Shown piece after piece: positions 1-11,392 of a stretch of 64,000 nt of DNA. Each line of letters begins with the position of its first letter. Position 1 is the first letter of the stretch. The notes under the pieces were generated by a model. It saw nothing but the letters and a program-made list of their open reading frames with translations. It was not told where the DNA came from and did not search any database. The position numbers were made by a program, and so were the translations under genes. This DNA is from an uncultured delta proteobacterium (GTDB lineage Bacteria; Desulfobacterota; Syntrophia; Syntrophales; UBA2185): contig CAVOID010000003.1 in the NCBI GenBank assembly GCA_963695875.1, positions 160,001-224,000 of the forward strand, given 5' to 3'.

Positions 1-628
1 GAGATAATGAGCGGTTTTTCAGACTTCCTGATCATGTTAAGGGCTTTTTCGCACTCCTTTTCGACAGAAGTCTTTTTACCGTTATTAGGAAGGCTCAATG
101 CCCAGGATATATCTTTCTCATCTATGAGAGCCCGTGTGACATCCTTGGGAATATCGATCAGGACAGGTCCCGGACGCTCCTGAGCGGGCTATATAGAAAG
201 CCTCTCTGACGGTTCGTCCAAGGTCTTCAATCCGCCTGACCAGAAAATTGTGCTTGGTGCATGGTCTTGTAATACCGGTGATGTCCACTTCCTGAAAGGC
301 ATCGCCGCCGATCAGTGATGTCGCTACCTGTCCGGTCAGTACGACAACCGGAATGGAATCCATAAAGGCATTGGCAATACCGGTGACCGTATTGGTTGCT
401 CCAGGTCCCGATGTCACCAGGCAGACACCAACCTTGCCGGAAGCCCTTGCGTACCCATCAGCCGCGTGTATGGCACCCTGTTCATGGCGGACTAATATAT
501 TCTTGATATTTGCTCCTGTACAGTTCATCAAAAATGTCGAGTACGGCACCACCCGGAAAACCGAAGATGGTATCAACTTTCTCTTGCTCCAAGGCATTAA
601 AAAGAACTTGTGCTCCTGTTAATTTCAC
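1..628 (-). CDS. ilvB: Acetolactate synthase large subunit, copy 2 (runs off the window edge, frameshifted)
   Basis: GTG at 628 gives [36 protein letters not shown]. After an indel near 510 it continues [36 protein letters not shown]...GDAFQEVD, the AHAS/TPP-enzyme N-terminal motifs. A further indel lies near 175. Confidence 0.9.
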
Positions 629-688
629 TTGTAACCCCCCCTTTTTTGATTCTTGGTATCTTTGTAAGTCTTTGTTCAGAATTTCTCC

Positions 689-722
689 AAAAAAAAACCG
701 TTACCTTTGGCTGGTAACGGTT
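689..722 (-). terminator. Attenuator terminator upstream of ilvB copy 2
   Basis: Minus strand reads AACCGTTACC-AGCCAAA-GGTAACGGTT followed by a T run: a 10-bp perfect stem plus U-tract. Confidence 0.85.
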
Positions 723-755
723 CTTAGTTGCAAAATATATGCTAAGCGCAAACCA

Positions 756-830
756 TCAGCCAGCCCCTTTCCGGAAGGGAATAATTATCCCGATAATTAT
801 GGCGATGGTTACGACATTTGGTTCAAACAT
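756..830 (-). CDS. Ile-rich attenuation leader peptide MFEPNVVTIAIIIGIIIPFRKGAG
   Basis: Translated by hand: 24 codons, 7 Ile and 2 Val. GAGG RBS upstream, terminator directly downstream, precedes an ilvB gene. Confidence 0.85.
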   Translation of the reverse strand: MFEPNVVTIAIIIGIIIPFRKGAG

Positions 831-896
831 GTAATTAATCCTCAATTAGTAATTAATCATTAACAGGCTCTTCTAACATTGTCAAGAATATTTTTT

Positions 897-1409
897 TCAG
901 GGTTTTCCTTTTGGTCTATTCCGTTGCATGGCAATTGATCCGGTTCTGTTCGTTTCTTCCACACCAAAGGGTTGAAAGAATTTTAAGACTGCTGCCGTTT
1001 CGTCCTGATGGCCTGTTATTTCCAGGATAAAATAATCGGGGGTCATAGTGACTATTCTGCATCCGAACATTTCAATCGCCCGCAGGACTTCGGAATGTGC
1101 TCCTTCTTTTATAGTAACACCTATTAGCATCAGTTCTCTTTGAATGAAGGCCTGTCCAGAGAGATCGGAGACTTCTATAACGTCGACAAGTTTGTCCAGT
1201 TGTTTTTTTATTTTTTCGGTAAAATCGGGATCCGATTCGCTCGTCAGCGTGATTCTCGAGACATCGGGGTTCGTGGTTTCTGCCACACAGAGGCTTTTGA
1301 TGTTGTATCCATGACGGCCAAATACACCCCCTACGCGGGACAGCACGCCCGGTTGGTTATTGACTAAAATGGAAATGGTCTGTTCCTGTTCACGTATTTT
1401 TCTAAACAT
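897..1409 (-). CDS. ilvN: Acetolactate synthase small (regulatory, ACT) subunit
   Basis: ISILVNNQPGVLSRVGGVFGRHGYNIKSL...QLDKLVDVIEV; lies between two ilvB genes. Confidence 0.92.
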   Translation of the reverse strand: MFRKIREQEQTISILVNNQPGVLSRVGGVFGRHGYNIKSLCVAETTNPDVSRITLTSESDPDFTEKIKKQLDKLVDVIEVSDLSGQAFIQRELMLIGVTIKEGAHSEVLRAIEMFGCRIVTMTPDYFILEITGHQDETAAVLKFFQPFGVEETNRTGSIAMQRNRPKGKP

Positions 1410-1472
1410 AGTATGTCCTCCGGAGTATATCGATCAATCAAGCAAGTCTGACGGCACTGTAAAAAGCCCATG

Positions 1473-3147
1473 TTAAGCAAGTCTTTCATACATCATCTCG
1501 ATGTTTGAGCATCCGGGCGGTATGATGGGATACACATAATTTTCCGGATCGATCACAGCTTCCAGCAGAAACGGACCATCAGAGTTGGCCATTGCTTCAA
1601 TGCCGCGTTTGGGGATCTTCTTCCACGGCAATCCTGCAACCCTGTATACCGAAGCCCCGGGCGACGGCGACGAAATCAACGTTTCTTCCCAGATCGATGG
1701 TGTTAAAGCGGCCATTGTAGAAATGATGCTGGATCTGGCGGATCATCCCCAGGTGGCCGTTATTGATGACAATAATCTTTATCGGCAGATTGTAGTAGCC
1801 GATTGTCGCCAGTTCCTGGATATTCATGTAGAACCCACCGTCACCCGTGATAGCTACGACGGCCCTTTCCGGTGTGCCGACCTTGACGCCGATTGAAGCG
1901 GGTAGGCTGAATCCCATAGTTCCCATCCCGCCGCTGGTGATTAGGCTGCGAGGGCCTCTCGGCCTCCATGTACGGATTGTCCATATCTGATTGAGTCCCA
2001 CGTCTGCGGTCACCGTTGTTTCCCTGGGCATGGCATCCTGAATCATGCGGATGAAATCTCCCGCCTGTCCGCACCCGCTGTCGGAAAATTTTTGTACTAT
2101 CGCATCCCTCTCCGTATCGATTCTCTGCAGCCACTCCGACTTTCCCCTCTCATCAATGAGGGGCAGCAAAGCCGCGAGTGTTTCATTAATATCACCGATG
2201 TAGGGTAGATTGATCTTGATGCTCTTGCCGATTGATGTGGGATCAATATCGATCTGGGCGATTTTTGCCAGAGGCGCGAATTCATCGATTTGCGCAGTAC
2301 TGCGGTCCGAAAAACGGGTACCCACAGCAAGGATAAAATCGCTCTGATGCACCATTTTGTTTGCCAGCTCGTTTCCGTGAGTTCCGATCAAACCCAGGTT
2401 ATATCCATTGGTGGAATCGACGGAACCAACGCCCATCATTGTTGTGACGAAGGGGATTTTTGCCTTTTCTATAAGCTCACGGATCAGGTGAAATGAATTG
2501 CTCAGTTTGACTCCTCCACCGATAATGAGAACCGGTCTTTCGCTCTGATTTAAAGCCCTGGCAATTTTCTCCAGTTGTTCCGGGTCTTCCACCACCCTGC
2601 CGTTCGTTTTCAATGCAGAGGCCGATTGTTTTTCCGCCGGCTCGCATTTCGATGCCAGAATGTCACGAGGCAGATCAACGAGGACAGGGCCTGGTCGCCC
2701 GGTCTTGGCCAGTTCAAAGGCCTGTCTAAGCGAGGGTGCAATATTGTTCACGTCGTGCACCTGGTAGCTGTGTTTGGTGATCGGCATTGTGATCCCGATA
2801 ATGTCCGTTTCCTGAAAAGCGTCCTGACCAAGGAGGCCTGTGCTCACCTGCGCGGTCAGGGCGACCATTGGTGTTGAGTCCATATAGGCTGTGGCAATAC
2901 CGGTTACCAGGTTGGTAGCTCCCGGTCCCGATGTTGCGAGGCATACACCTACCTTTCCGGTGGCGCGGGCGTAGCCGTCGGCGGCATGTGCCGCTGCCTG
3001 TTCGTGCCGCATGAGATAATGTCGGATCTGGCTATCCGTCAGGCGGTCGTGTAAGGGCAGTGTGTTTGCCCCGGGGTATCCGAAGATAACATCCACCCCT
3101 TCCTCTCTGAGGATTTGTATAATGATATCTGCACCGATGGTTTCCAT
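1473..3147 (-). CDS. ilvB: Acetolactate synthase large subunit (frameshift near 1610)
   Basis: [28 protein letters not shown] and the TPP motif GDGGFYMN...NNGHLGM. The C-terminus GPFLLEAVID..VYPIIPPG is in another frame. Confidence 0.93.
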
Positions 3148-3185
3148 ATTTCTTTTCCTTCAATTTTCTTAATTCTTTGGACAAT

Positions 3186-3260
3186 AAAAAAGCCGCAAAT
3201 TCTTCTGAACGGCGGCTTTTCAAATATAAAAAAAGCCGCGGGTTTGCGGGGCCCGCGGCT
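3186..3260 (-). terminator. Tandem terminator hairpins of the upstream ilv attenuator
   Basis: Minus strand: AGCCGCGGG-loop-CCCGCGGCT+T6 (3228-3260), then AAAAGCCGC-loop-GCGGCTTTTTT (3186-3220). Confidence 0.8.
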
Positions 3261-3281
3261 CTTCGTTTCTATGTCAATCCA

Positions 3282-3368
3282 TCACAGAAACCGAGCAGCG
3301 GTCCCCCTGAGTACAAGTACTACCACTACGGCTACGATTAGAATGTTGCTCAGTTTGTGATGGGTCAT
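3282..3368 (-). CDS. Val/Leu-rich attenuation leader peptide MTHHKLSNILIVAVVVVLVLRGTAARFL
   Basis: Translated by hand: 28 codons with the run ILIVAVVVVLVL. Followed by a GC-rich terminator and ilvB. Confidence 0.85.
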   Translation of the reverse strand: MTHHKLSNILIVAVVVVLVLRGTAARFL

Positions 3369-3597
3369 TTATTTACCATTATTCACGAATTATTGAAAAA
3401 TATTATATTAAAATTTGAATTTGTCAAGTATTTTCTGAAGTATTCATTTTTTGACTTGTTTTTCCCTTGAGAGATTGATTGGCTGATTCAAGACGTTTCT
3501 TTAGCAACTCTACCGGCAGTCGTTTATGCCTTGGCTGATCTTTGGTTCAAGGCAGAGACTTGAAATGGCAAAGTAAACTCTATTTACTCAACGTATT

Positions 3598-5640
3598 TTA
3601 ACGGGAGGCATCCTTACTCTCTTTCTTAAGATCCTCCTGCGTATCGTCACTCCCTACGGGTACTGCGCCGATTGCAGTTGTACCCTCAAGGAAACTTTCA
3701 AATAAGGCTCCTTCAGTGGACCGTGTTGCCGGAATGCCTGTGTGCGGATCTACCTTGATGAAAACAATTCCGTCTGGAACGGGAAACACTTCTACTGGCT
3801 TGCCTTGCACGGCTTTTTCCATGAAATAGAGCCATATAGGCGCTGCAGCCCTGCCTCCCACTTCGTTCTTACCAAGGGATCTTTCCTGGTCGAAGCCTAC
3901 CCACACTCCAGCCACCAGTGAAGGTGTAAAGCCTATGAACCACGCATCTCGCATGTCATCCGTTGTTCCCGTCTTCCCGGCTACAGGCCTGCCGATGCTT
4001 TTTACCCTTCTGCCTGTTCCGCTTTCCACAACATCCTGCATGACATATGATGAAATGAAGGCTATGCGGGGGTCGATGACCTGTTCGTCTATTACCTGAG
4101 CCTCTTCAAAGACCTGACCTGTTCGATCAACGATTTTTTTAATAAAAAATGGGGCGACCCTTTTACCCTGATTTGCCAGAACGCCATAACCCCTGACCAT
4201 TTCCTGAAGGGTGACACCGGACGTTCCCAATGCCAGGGTTAGGTTCTTTGTTAGGGGAGAAGTAATTCCCATATTGGTGGCATAATCAGTCGCGTAATCA
4301 ATACCGATCTCGTGAAGGACTTTTATTGTAATGATATTCCGTGACTGGACAAGTGCGTTTCTAAGAGTAGTCGGCCCATTAAATTTTCCATCAAAGTTTT
4401 TAGGTTTCCAGAAACCATCCGGTGATGACTTGTCTTCATAGATAATGGGAGCATCAAGGATCCGTGTTGATGGCGTCATTCCTTTGTCGAAAGCGGCTGT
4501 ATATATGAATGGCTTAAAAGCCGAGCCCGCCTGTCTCCTTGACTGGGTCGCACGGTTGAATTCACTTTTTTTGAAATCCCTTCCTCCGATCATGGCCTTG
4601 ATAGCACCAGTCTTCGCCTCCATACATAAAAGGGATCCCTGAACAACTCCCTTCTCATATCCCTCACGGGCTTCCAATTCTTGAAGGCCCTTTTCCACCG
4701 CATCCCGTGCCGCTTTTTGCATGTCTATATTAAGGGTGGTATATACCTCAAGACCCTCTCTGTACAGAACTTCGCTGCCGTATTTTTCCATAATGTACTT
4801 TCGTACATTTTCGATAAAATAAGGGGCTATTTTTTCCTTAGGTCTGATAGATTTGAGTCTGATTGGCGTTGCGAATGCCCGTTCTCTTTCTGCCCGGGTA
4901 ATATATTCGTCATCAACCATCCTGTCCAGTACATAGGCCTGTCTCTGGCGGGCTTTGTCGAAATGGAGAAAAGGTGAGTAACTGCTGGGTGCCTTGGGAA
5001 GGCCGGCCAGAAGTGCGGCCTCAGGCAGGGTCAGGTATTTGGCACTTTTACCAAAATATCCCTCAGATGCCGCCTCGATGCCGTAGGTGCCGTGCCCCAG
5101 ATATATGTGGTTCAGGTAGAGGCTCATAATTTCATCTTTGGTAAGATATTTGTCAATTTTATAGGCTAAGATGGCCTCTTTAATCTTTCTCATGTACTTT
5201 TTTTCTGAAGAGAGATAGAGAGATTTGGCCACCTGTTGTGTTATGGTGCTGCCTCCCTGGACAATGCGCCCTGCTTCGATATTCCTATAAAATGCCCTCG
5301 CAATGCTCAGCAGGTCGAGGCCCGTGTGCTGATAAAATCTCGCATCTTCTGCAGCCACAAAGGCCTGAATAACCACCTTGGGAACTTCGGAAAGCCGAAT
5401 TATTTTTCTGTCTTCCAGGAAAAACTCGTCGATGAGGTCATTATTGTCCGCATACACCCTAGTGGCAATGCTGGGACGGTAGTCCTTTAAGGCGGCAATG
5501 CTCGGCATTTCACTGAGAAGGATGTAGTAAACAATACTGCTTCCGATAACGCTCAGAATGAGGCAACACAGTATGGTCACCAACAATATTGTCCCGAGTC
5601 CGGAGTATTTTAAATACATTTTTTTATTCTTATGAGTCAT
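3598..5640 (-). CDS. mrcA: Class A penicillin-binding protein (PBP1A family)
   Basis: N-terminal TM; transglycosylase motifs AEDARF, GGSTITQQ, RKIKE; transpeptidase motifs SAFK, SRN, KTGT. Confidence 0.9.
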   Translation of the reverse strand: MTHKNKKMYLKYSGLGTILLVTILCCLILSVIGSSIVYYILLSEMPSIAALKDYRPSIATRVYADNNDLIDEFFLEDRKIIRLSEVPKVVIQAFVAAEDARFYQHTGLDLLSIARAFYRNIEAGRIVQGGSTITQQVAKSLYLSSEKKYMRKIKEAILAYKIDKYLTKDEIMSLYLNHIYLGHGTYGIEAASEGYFGKSAKYLTLPEAALLAGLPKAPSSYSPFLHFDKARQRQAYVLDRMVDDEYITRAERERAFATPIRLKSIRPKEKIAPYFIENVRKYIMEKYGSEVLYREGLEVYTTLNIDMQKAARDAVEKGLQELEAREGYEKGVVQGSLLCMEAKTGAIKAMIGGRDFKKSEFNRATQSRRQAGSAFKPFIYTAAFDKGMTPSTRILDAPIIYEDKSSPDGFWKPKNFDGKFNGPTTLRNALVQSRNIITIKVLHEIGIDYATDYATNMGITSPLTKNLTLALGTSGVTLQEMVRGYGVLANQGKRVAPFFIKKIVDRTGQVFEEAQVIDEQVIDPRIAFISSYVMQDVVESGTGRRVKSIGRPVAGKTGTTDDMRDAWFIGFTPSLVAGVWVGFDQERSLGKNEVGGRAAAPIWLYFMEKAVQGKPVEVFPVPDGIVFIKVDPHTGIPATRSTEGALFESFLEGTTAIGAVPVGSDDTQEDLKKESKDASR

Positions 5641-6406
5641 TCTTTTCTTGATCGTTTTTTATATCGTCGGTTTTGGGGTGTTTCTTTACGGCAAATTTCG
5701 CAACAATTATACCAATTTCGTAAAGTCCCATCAAAGGTACAGCCATGATAATCTGGGTTAGTGCGTCAGGAGAAGGTGTCAGGATGGCAGCAGCAACAAA
5801 TATTATAAGGATGGCATATCGCCTGTTTTTCGATAACATTTTTGAGTTTACCACTCCGATCTTGGCCAGGAAAAAGATCAAGACAGGGAGTTCAAAAGAC
5901 AGACCAAATGCGAGCAGGAGTTTCAGGGCAAGAGAGAGGTACTCTCGCAGCGTAAACATGGGCTTGAGAAAGTCCGATGAAAATTCCACAAAGAAGCCGA
6001 ATGCCGGGGGGAGGGCAAGAAAATATCCGAAGAGGACCCCTCCGATGAACAACAGGGAAGAAGAGATTACAAAGGGGATTACATATTTCTTTTCCGCCTT
6101 ATAGAGGCCGGGTGATATGAACTTCCATAGTTGATACAGGGTGAAGGGGCTTGTAAGAAAGAGAGATGCAAAGAAGGAGATTTTCATGTAGTTAAAAAAA
6201 GCCTCCGGCAGGCTGGTATATATCATGAAACTATTTTGAGGCAAGACCTGGTAGAGGGGCCTTGTAATGACATGGAATAACCAGTCTTTAAAATACCAGC
6301 AAACTCCAAAACCAATACCGACCGCGATAAGTACGCGGATGAGCCTGGTTCTCAATTCCCCCAGATGAGCGGTGAAGGGCATTTTTTCTTCTACAGGTTC
6401 TTCCAT
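5630..6406 (-). CDS. tatC: Twin-arginine translocase subunit TatC
   Basis: HLGELRTRL, YQLWKFISPGLY, FELP, ILTPSPD; multi-TM. Confidence 0.95.
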   Translation of the reverse strand: MEEPVEEKMPFTAHLGELRTRLIRVLIAVGIGFGVCWYFKDWLFHVITRPLYQVLPQNSFMIYTSLPEAFFNYMKISFFASLFLTSPFTLYQLWKFISPGLYKAEKKYVIPFVISSSLLFIGGVLFGYFLALPPAFGFFVEFSSDFLKPMFTLREYLSLALKLLLAFGLSFELPVLIFFLAKIGVVNSKMLSKNRRYAILIIFVAAAILTPSPDALTQIIMAVPLMGLYEIGIIVAKFAVKKHPKTDDIKNDQEKNDS

Positions 6407-6460
6407 AGATTAAATATCACGCATCTCCTTTTCGAATTGATTCTATATCGATATGTGAAG

Positions 6461-6778
6461 TCAAGATTGAGCTTTAAAAGTGGAATGTATTTGAGGTTTT
6501 TCTCTCTTTTCATCTTCGGCAGGTGAAGATTGTTTATCATCCCCCTGGTCGTCTTTTTTACCGAACAGGAGGGAATTCTTAAAATCATCAACTTCCTTTT
6601 TGACGTCATCCGGCTTCAGATTTTCTTTTAAGTTTTCTGTAACATCATCTGCCGCCTTTTTAAATTCAGTGAGCCCCTTACCTAGGGACTTGGCAAGATC
6701 AGGCAACTTTTTGGGACCTACAACTAGGAGTGCGATAATGGCGATCACGATGAGCTCGGGCAAACCGATTCCGAACAT
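6461..6778 (-). CDS. Twin-arginine translocase TatA/TatB family subunit
   Basis: [36 protein letters not shown]; directly upstream of tatC. Confidence 0.9.
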   Translation of the reverse strand: MFGIGLPELIVIAIIALLVVGPKKLPDLAKSLGKGLTEFKKAADDVTENLKENLKPDDVKKEVDDFKNSLLFGKKDDQGDDKQSSPAEDEKREKPQIHSTFKAQS

Positions 6779-6954
6779 AACTTTAACCTCTTCTTCGCTA
6801 AATCTTGTTTAAATATATATATATTTATACATTTGTCAACGTTTTTCCAAAAATAGGAAGAGCTGTTCCTGTTTATGGAAAATTTTTGCGTTCTCCGTAC
6901 TTTTGTGCTAAAAACCTGAACCTGTGAACAAAATCCTTCCAGGGCTGGTGGCCT

Positions 6955-8012
6955 ATGTCTCGAAAAACGGGTATTGTTAAGGATGAAAGGTATTTAAGGC
7001 ATGACGCCGGATTTGGACATCCGGAGTCGCCGCAGCGGCTTGAAGCGACCCATGCTATTCTTGAAGCCCCTGATATGGCGGGGCAATTTGTTGAAATAGA
7101 ACCGCGTTATGCTACCCATGAAGAGATTGGCATTGATTCATTCTCCTTCATACATCAATCTGGTGGCCAGTACAGCCGGGCCAGCCATTCGTTTCCCTCG
7201 ATCCCGATACTGCAACAACACCGGAATCATATGATGTTGCAAAATTAGCAGTGGGAGGGCTTTGCAATGCCATTGACAGTGTTGTTTCCGGGGAAGTTGA
7301 AAATGCCTTTGCCCTTGTCAGACCTCCCGGACATCATGCGGGGGTGTCGAATGCAGCGGGATTCTGCATATTCAACAATGTTGCCATAGGTGCCATGCAT
7401 GCAATTGTGAAGCACAAAATGGATAGAATTCTGATCGTCGACTGGGATCTGCACCATGGAAACGGTACACAGGCACAATTTTATGAAGACCCGAGGGTTT
7501 TGTATTTTTCAACACACCAGTATCCTTACTATCCGGGTACAGGTGCTATAGAAGAGATCGGTCGCGGGAAAGGTCTCGGTTATAATGTCAATGTTCCCCT
7601 GAGACCCGGTACAGATAATGCCCAGTATGTCAAGATTTTTAGAAAAATAATATATCCCCTGTCCATGAAGTTTAAACCTGATCTTGTGTTGATTTCAGCC
7701 GGATTCGATCCTTATTACAAAGACCCGTTGGGCGGTATGAAGGTGACGCCTGACGGTTTTGCCTACATGGCACGGATGCTATGGATGTTGCCGATAACTG
7801 CTGCGGGGGAAAAGTGGTTGTAACCCTCGAAGGCGGGTACCATCTTACCGGTCTGGCAGAGTCGATAAAATCGGTACTCATTGAGATGAGCGACGGCACG
7901 CATGTGTCAGATGATGTGCTTGCTCGCATTGAGCAGGAGGCGGATAGCCATATAGATCCGGTGATAAAGAGGGTTATTGATCAGATCAAATCCGATCTGG
8001 CGAGTGTTTTAG
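6955..8012 (+). CDS. Histone deacetylase-family amidohydrolase (frameshifted)
   Basis: HPESPQRL, RPPGHHA, GFCIFNN, DWDLHHGNGTQ, SAGFD and LEGGY are spread over 3 ORFs. Confidence 0.9.
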
Positions 8013-8163
8013 TAGTCAATTTTTTGGTCACTGCACACAAAGTGAAGCAATCTTCTCATACTCATGATGCCGCTGGAGATTACGCATCACTCCATTCCAT
8101 GCAATGACTTTTTTTATTCACGCGAGGGATACTGTATTGTTCAATAAACGCAGGAGACGAGGA

Positions 8164-8452
8164 TTGAAGATTACAAAAGATGAAGTGGAGTATGTAGCCC
8201 ATCTGGCAAGGCTTGATTTCAGCGAAGAGGAAAAGGTCGAAATTCACCTCACAGCTCAATGATATCCTGATGTATATGGAGAAGTTGAACCAGGTAGATA
8301 CGGCGGGTGTCGAGCCGATGAGCCATGCCATTGCTCTACAGAATGCCTTCAGGGATGACGTTGTCAAAGATTCCCTCAGCCATGACCTTTCCCTGTCCAA
8401 TGCCCCCGAAGCACGGGGCCCCTTTTTCCGTGTACCGAAGGTTATAGAGTAA
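8164..8452 (+). CDS. gatC: Asp/Glu-tRNA amidotransferase subunit C (frameshift near 8240)
   Basis: TTG start gives MKITKDEVEYVAHLARL; ends ...NAPEARGPFFRVPKVIE; upstream of gatA. Confidence 0.92.
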
Positions 8453-8461
8453 TAGGGGCCC

Positions 8462-9922
8462 ATGGATCTCAATCAGTTGACTATTCACGAGTTGCAGAAA
8501 TTGATCAGGTCGGGAGAGGTAACTTCTTCTGATATCGTCAAATCAGTGTTCAAGAGGATTGATGCTGTAGAGGGGAGTGTTCATGCATATATTACCCTCA
8601 TGAAGGATTATGCCTTTGAAGAAGCTGCCAAGAGCCGACCGGGATATCAAGGCAGGGAAGATCAAGCCCCTGACCGGTATACCCATCGCCCTTAAGGATA
8701 TTGTATGTACAAAGGGTTTTTTGACGACATGCGGATCCCATATCCTGCATAACTATATCCCGCCGTATGATGCCACAGTAGTGGAAAAATTAAGAGAAGC
8801 CGGCGCGGTTTTTACGGGGAAGACAAATATGGATGAATTCGCCATGGGCTCATCTACGGAGACCTCGTATTTCGGGATTACGAGAAATCCCTGGGACCTC
8901 GACAGGATACCCGGGGGGTCCAGCGGCGGGTCCGCGGCGGCCGTGGCCGCTGATGAGTGTATCGCCTCTATCGGGTCCGATACAGGCGGCTCCATCAGGC
9001 AGCCCGCTGCCCTGTGCGGCGTCGTCGGGATGAAACCCACCTATGGCAGGGTGTCCCGGTATGGTCTGATCGCCTTTGCCTCCTCCCTGGATCAGATCGG
9101 TCCTTTTACCAAGGATGTAGAGGACTGCGCCATCATGATGAATGTCATTGCCGGTTATGATCCGAGGGAATCGACGTCCGTTCCCATGGATGTGCCTGAT
9201 TACCGGGAATTTGTCTCACGGGGCATCGACGGCTGGAAGGTTGGGATTCCGAAGGAATACTTCATCGAAGGGATTGACCCGGAAGTCATGGAGGCGATGC
9301 AAAGAAGCCATTACAACCATCGAGGGACTCGGCGCTACAGTGTATCGAGATATCCCTTCCCCATACGGAGTACTGCCTGGCCGTGTATTACATCATTGCC
9401 CCGGCGGAGGCGAGCTCCAATCTGGCCCGCTATGACGGAGTGAAATACGGCTTCCGGTCTCAGGACAGCAGGGATCTTCTGGATATGTACAAAAAGACAC
9501 GCTCGGCCGGTTTCGGAGCTGAGGTAAAAAGGCGGATCATGATCGGAACGTATGCATTGTCTTCAGGATATTATGATGCGTATTACAAGAAGGCTTCCCA
9601 GGTACGGGCGCTTATCAAGCGGGATTTTGAGGAGGCCTTCAAACAGTGTGATGTGATCCTTACCCCCACATCTCCCACCCCTGCCTTTAAAATCGGCGAG
9701 AAAATGGACGATCCCCTCCAGATGTACCTCTCTGATATATTCACCATATCAACAAACCTGGCGGGGATACCGGGGATATCCGTACCGTGCGGATTTACAA
9801 AGGATGGACTGCCTATCGGCGCGCAGTTTCTGGCAGGACACTTTGAAGAAGGCAAGTTGATCCAGATAGCCTCTGCTTTTGAAAAGCACGCAAACCTTGA
9901 GAAAAGGAGACCAGCTCTCTAA
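8462..9922 (+). CDS. gatA: Asp/Glu-tRNA amidotransferase subunit A (frameshifted)
   Basis: Amidase signature GGSSGGSAA and [27 protein letters not shown]. Confidence 0.95.
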
Positions 9923-11363
9923 TGGCATATGAACCGGTTATCGGGCTGGAGGTTCATGCCCAGCTCCTCACAAAATCAAAAATTTTCTGCAGCTGCTCGA
10001 CTCAGTTCGGGGCTGAGCCCAACAGCCATACCTGTCCCGTATGCATGGGTATGCCCGGGGTCCTGCCCGTCTTGAACAAGACAGGTGGTCGAGTTCACGA
10101 TGAAAATGGCCCTGGCGACGCACTGTAGGATCAACGAGTCATGCAATTTCGCGAGGAAAAACTATTTCTATCCTGACCTCCCCAAGGGGTATCAGATATC
10201 CCAGTATGCCCAGCCCCTTTCGGAACACGGGTATGTGGATATTGAGCTGGACGGCGGGAAGAAAAGGATCGGCATTACCCGGATTCACATGGAGGAAGAC
10301 GCGGGGAAGCTTTTGCATGATGAGCATCTGCCGTCGAGTTATGTGGATCTGAACCGGACAGGAGTTCCCCTTATCGAGATCGTCAGCGAGCCGGATATGA
10401 GAAGCGCCGAGGAGGCCGCTGCCTATCTGAGGAGACTCCATGAAATACTGGTCTATCTGGAGATCTGCGACGGGAACATGGAAGAGGGGAGTTTCCGCTG
10501 CGATGCCAATGTATCCCTCCGACCTAAAGGAGAAACGGCCTTCGGTACGCGGACGGAACTGAAAAATATGAACTCCTTCCGAAATGTCCAGCGTGCCCTG
10601 GAGTATGAAATCAAGCGACAGCAGTACATTCTGGAGAACGGCCAGGAGGTGATCCAGGAAACCAGGCTCTGGGATGATTCGCAAGGGGTGACCCAATCCA
10701 TGCGGGGCAAGGAAGAGGCCCACGATTACCGCTATTTCCCCGATCCCGATCTTGTGCCCATCGTCATTGATCAGGAGTGGATAGAAGCGGATAAGAAAAA
10801 GCCTCCCCGAACTGCCCCTGGAAAAACGGGAGCGGTTTGTCAGAGATTATCAGATTCCTCCCTACGATGCCGGGGTGCTGACGTCCAAGCCGGGCTCATG
10901 CCGATTACTTTGAGGAAGTAGTTGCGATCTCCGGAAAACCGCAAGATAGCCAGCAACTGGGTTATGGGCGATGTTCTGCGGTTTCTCAATGAAGAAAAGC
11001 GGGACATTCAAGGAATGTCCCGTTCGTCCCGCGGCTCTTGGCGGAGATGATTCTGACTCATTGAGGACGGAACCATCAGCGGCAAGATGGCCAAGGATAT
11101 TATCGTGGAAATGTACAGAACCGGCAAGCCGCCCAAAACGATTATCGAAGAAAAGGGCATGGTACAGATTACCGATGAAGATGCACTGGCAAAAACCATT
11201 GCTGGAGGTCATAGCGGCAAATCCGGCCCAGCTCGAGCAGTACCGGGGAGGCAAGGAAAAACTCTTCGGGTACTTCGTCGGTCAGGTCATGAAGGCTACC
11301 CAGGGAAAGGCCAATCCCCAGCTCATCAACGAGCTTCTGAAAAAGATGTTGGCTGTGTCATAA
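9922..11363 (+). CDS. gatB: Asp/Glu-tRNA amidotransferase subunit B (frameshifted)
   Basis: [48 protein letters not shown]. Confidence 0.95.
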
Positions 11364-11392
11364 TCAAACCTTTTAAACAAACACATCAATCA

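Noticed and set aside
11087..11392. N-terminal extension of MtnA (GatB-MtnA fusion)
   Set aside because: It is a frameshifted gatB fragment reading through; mtnA starts at 11393.
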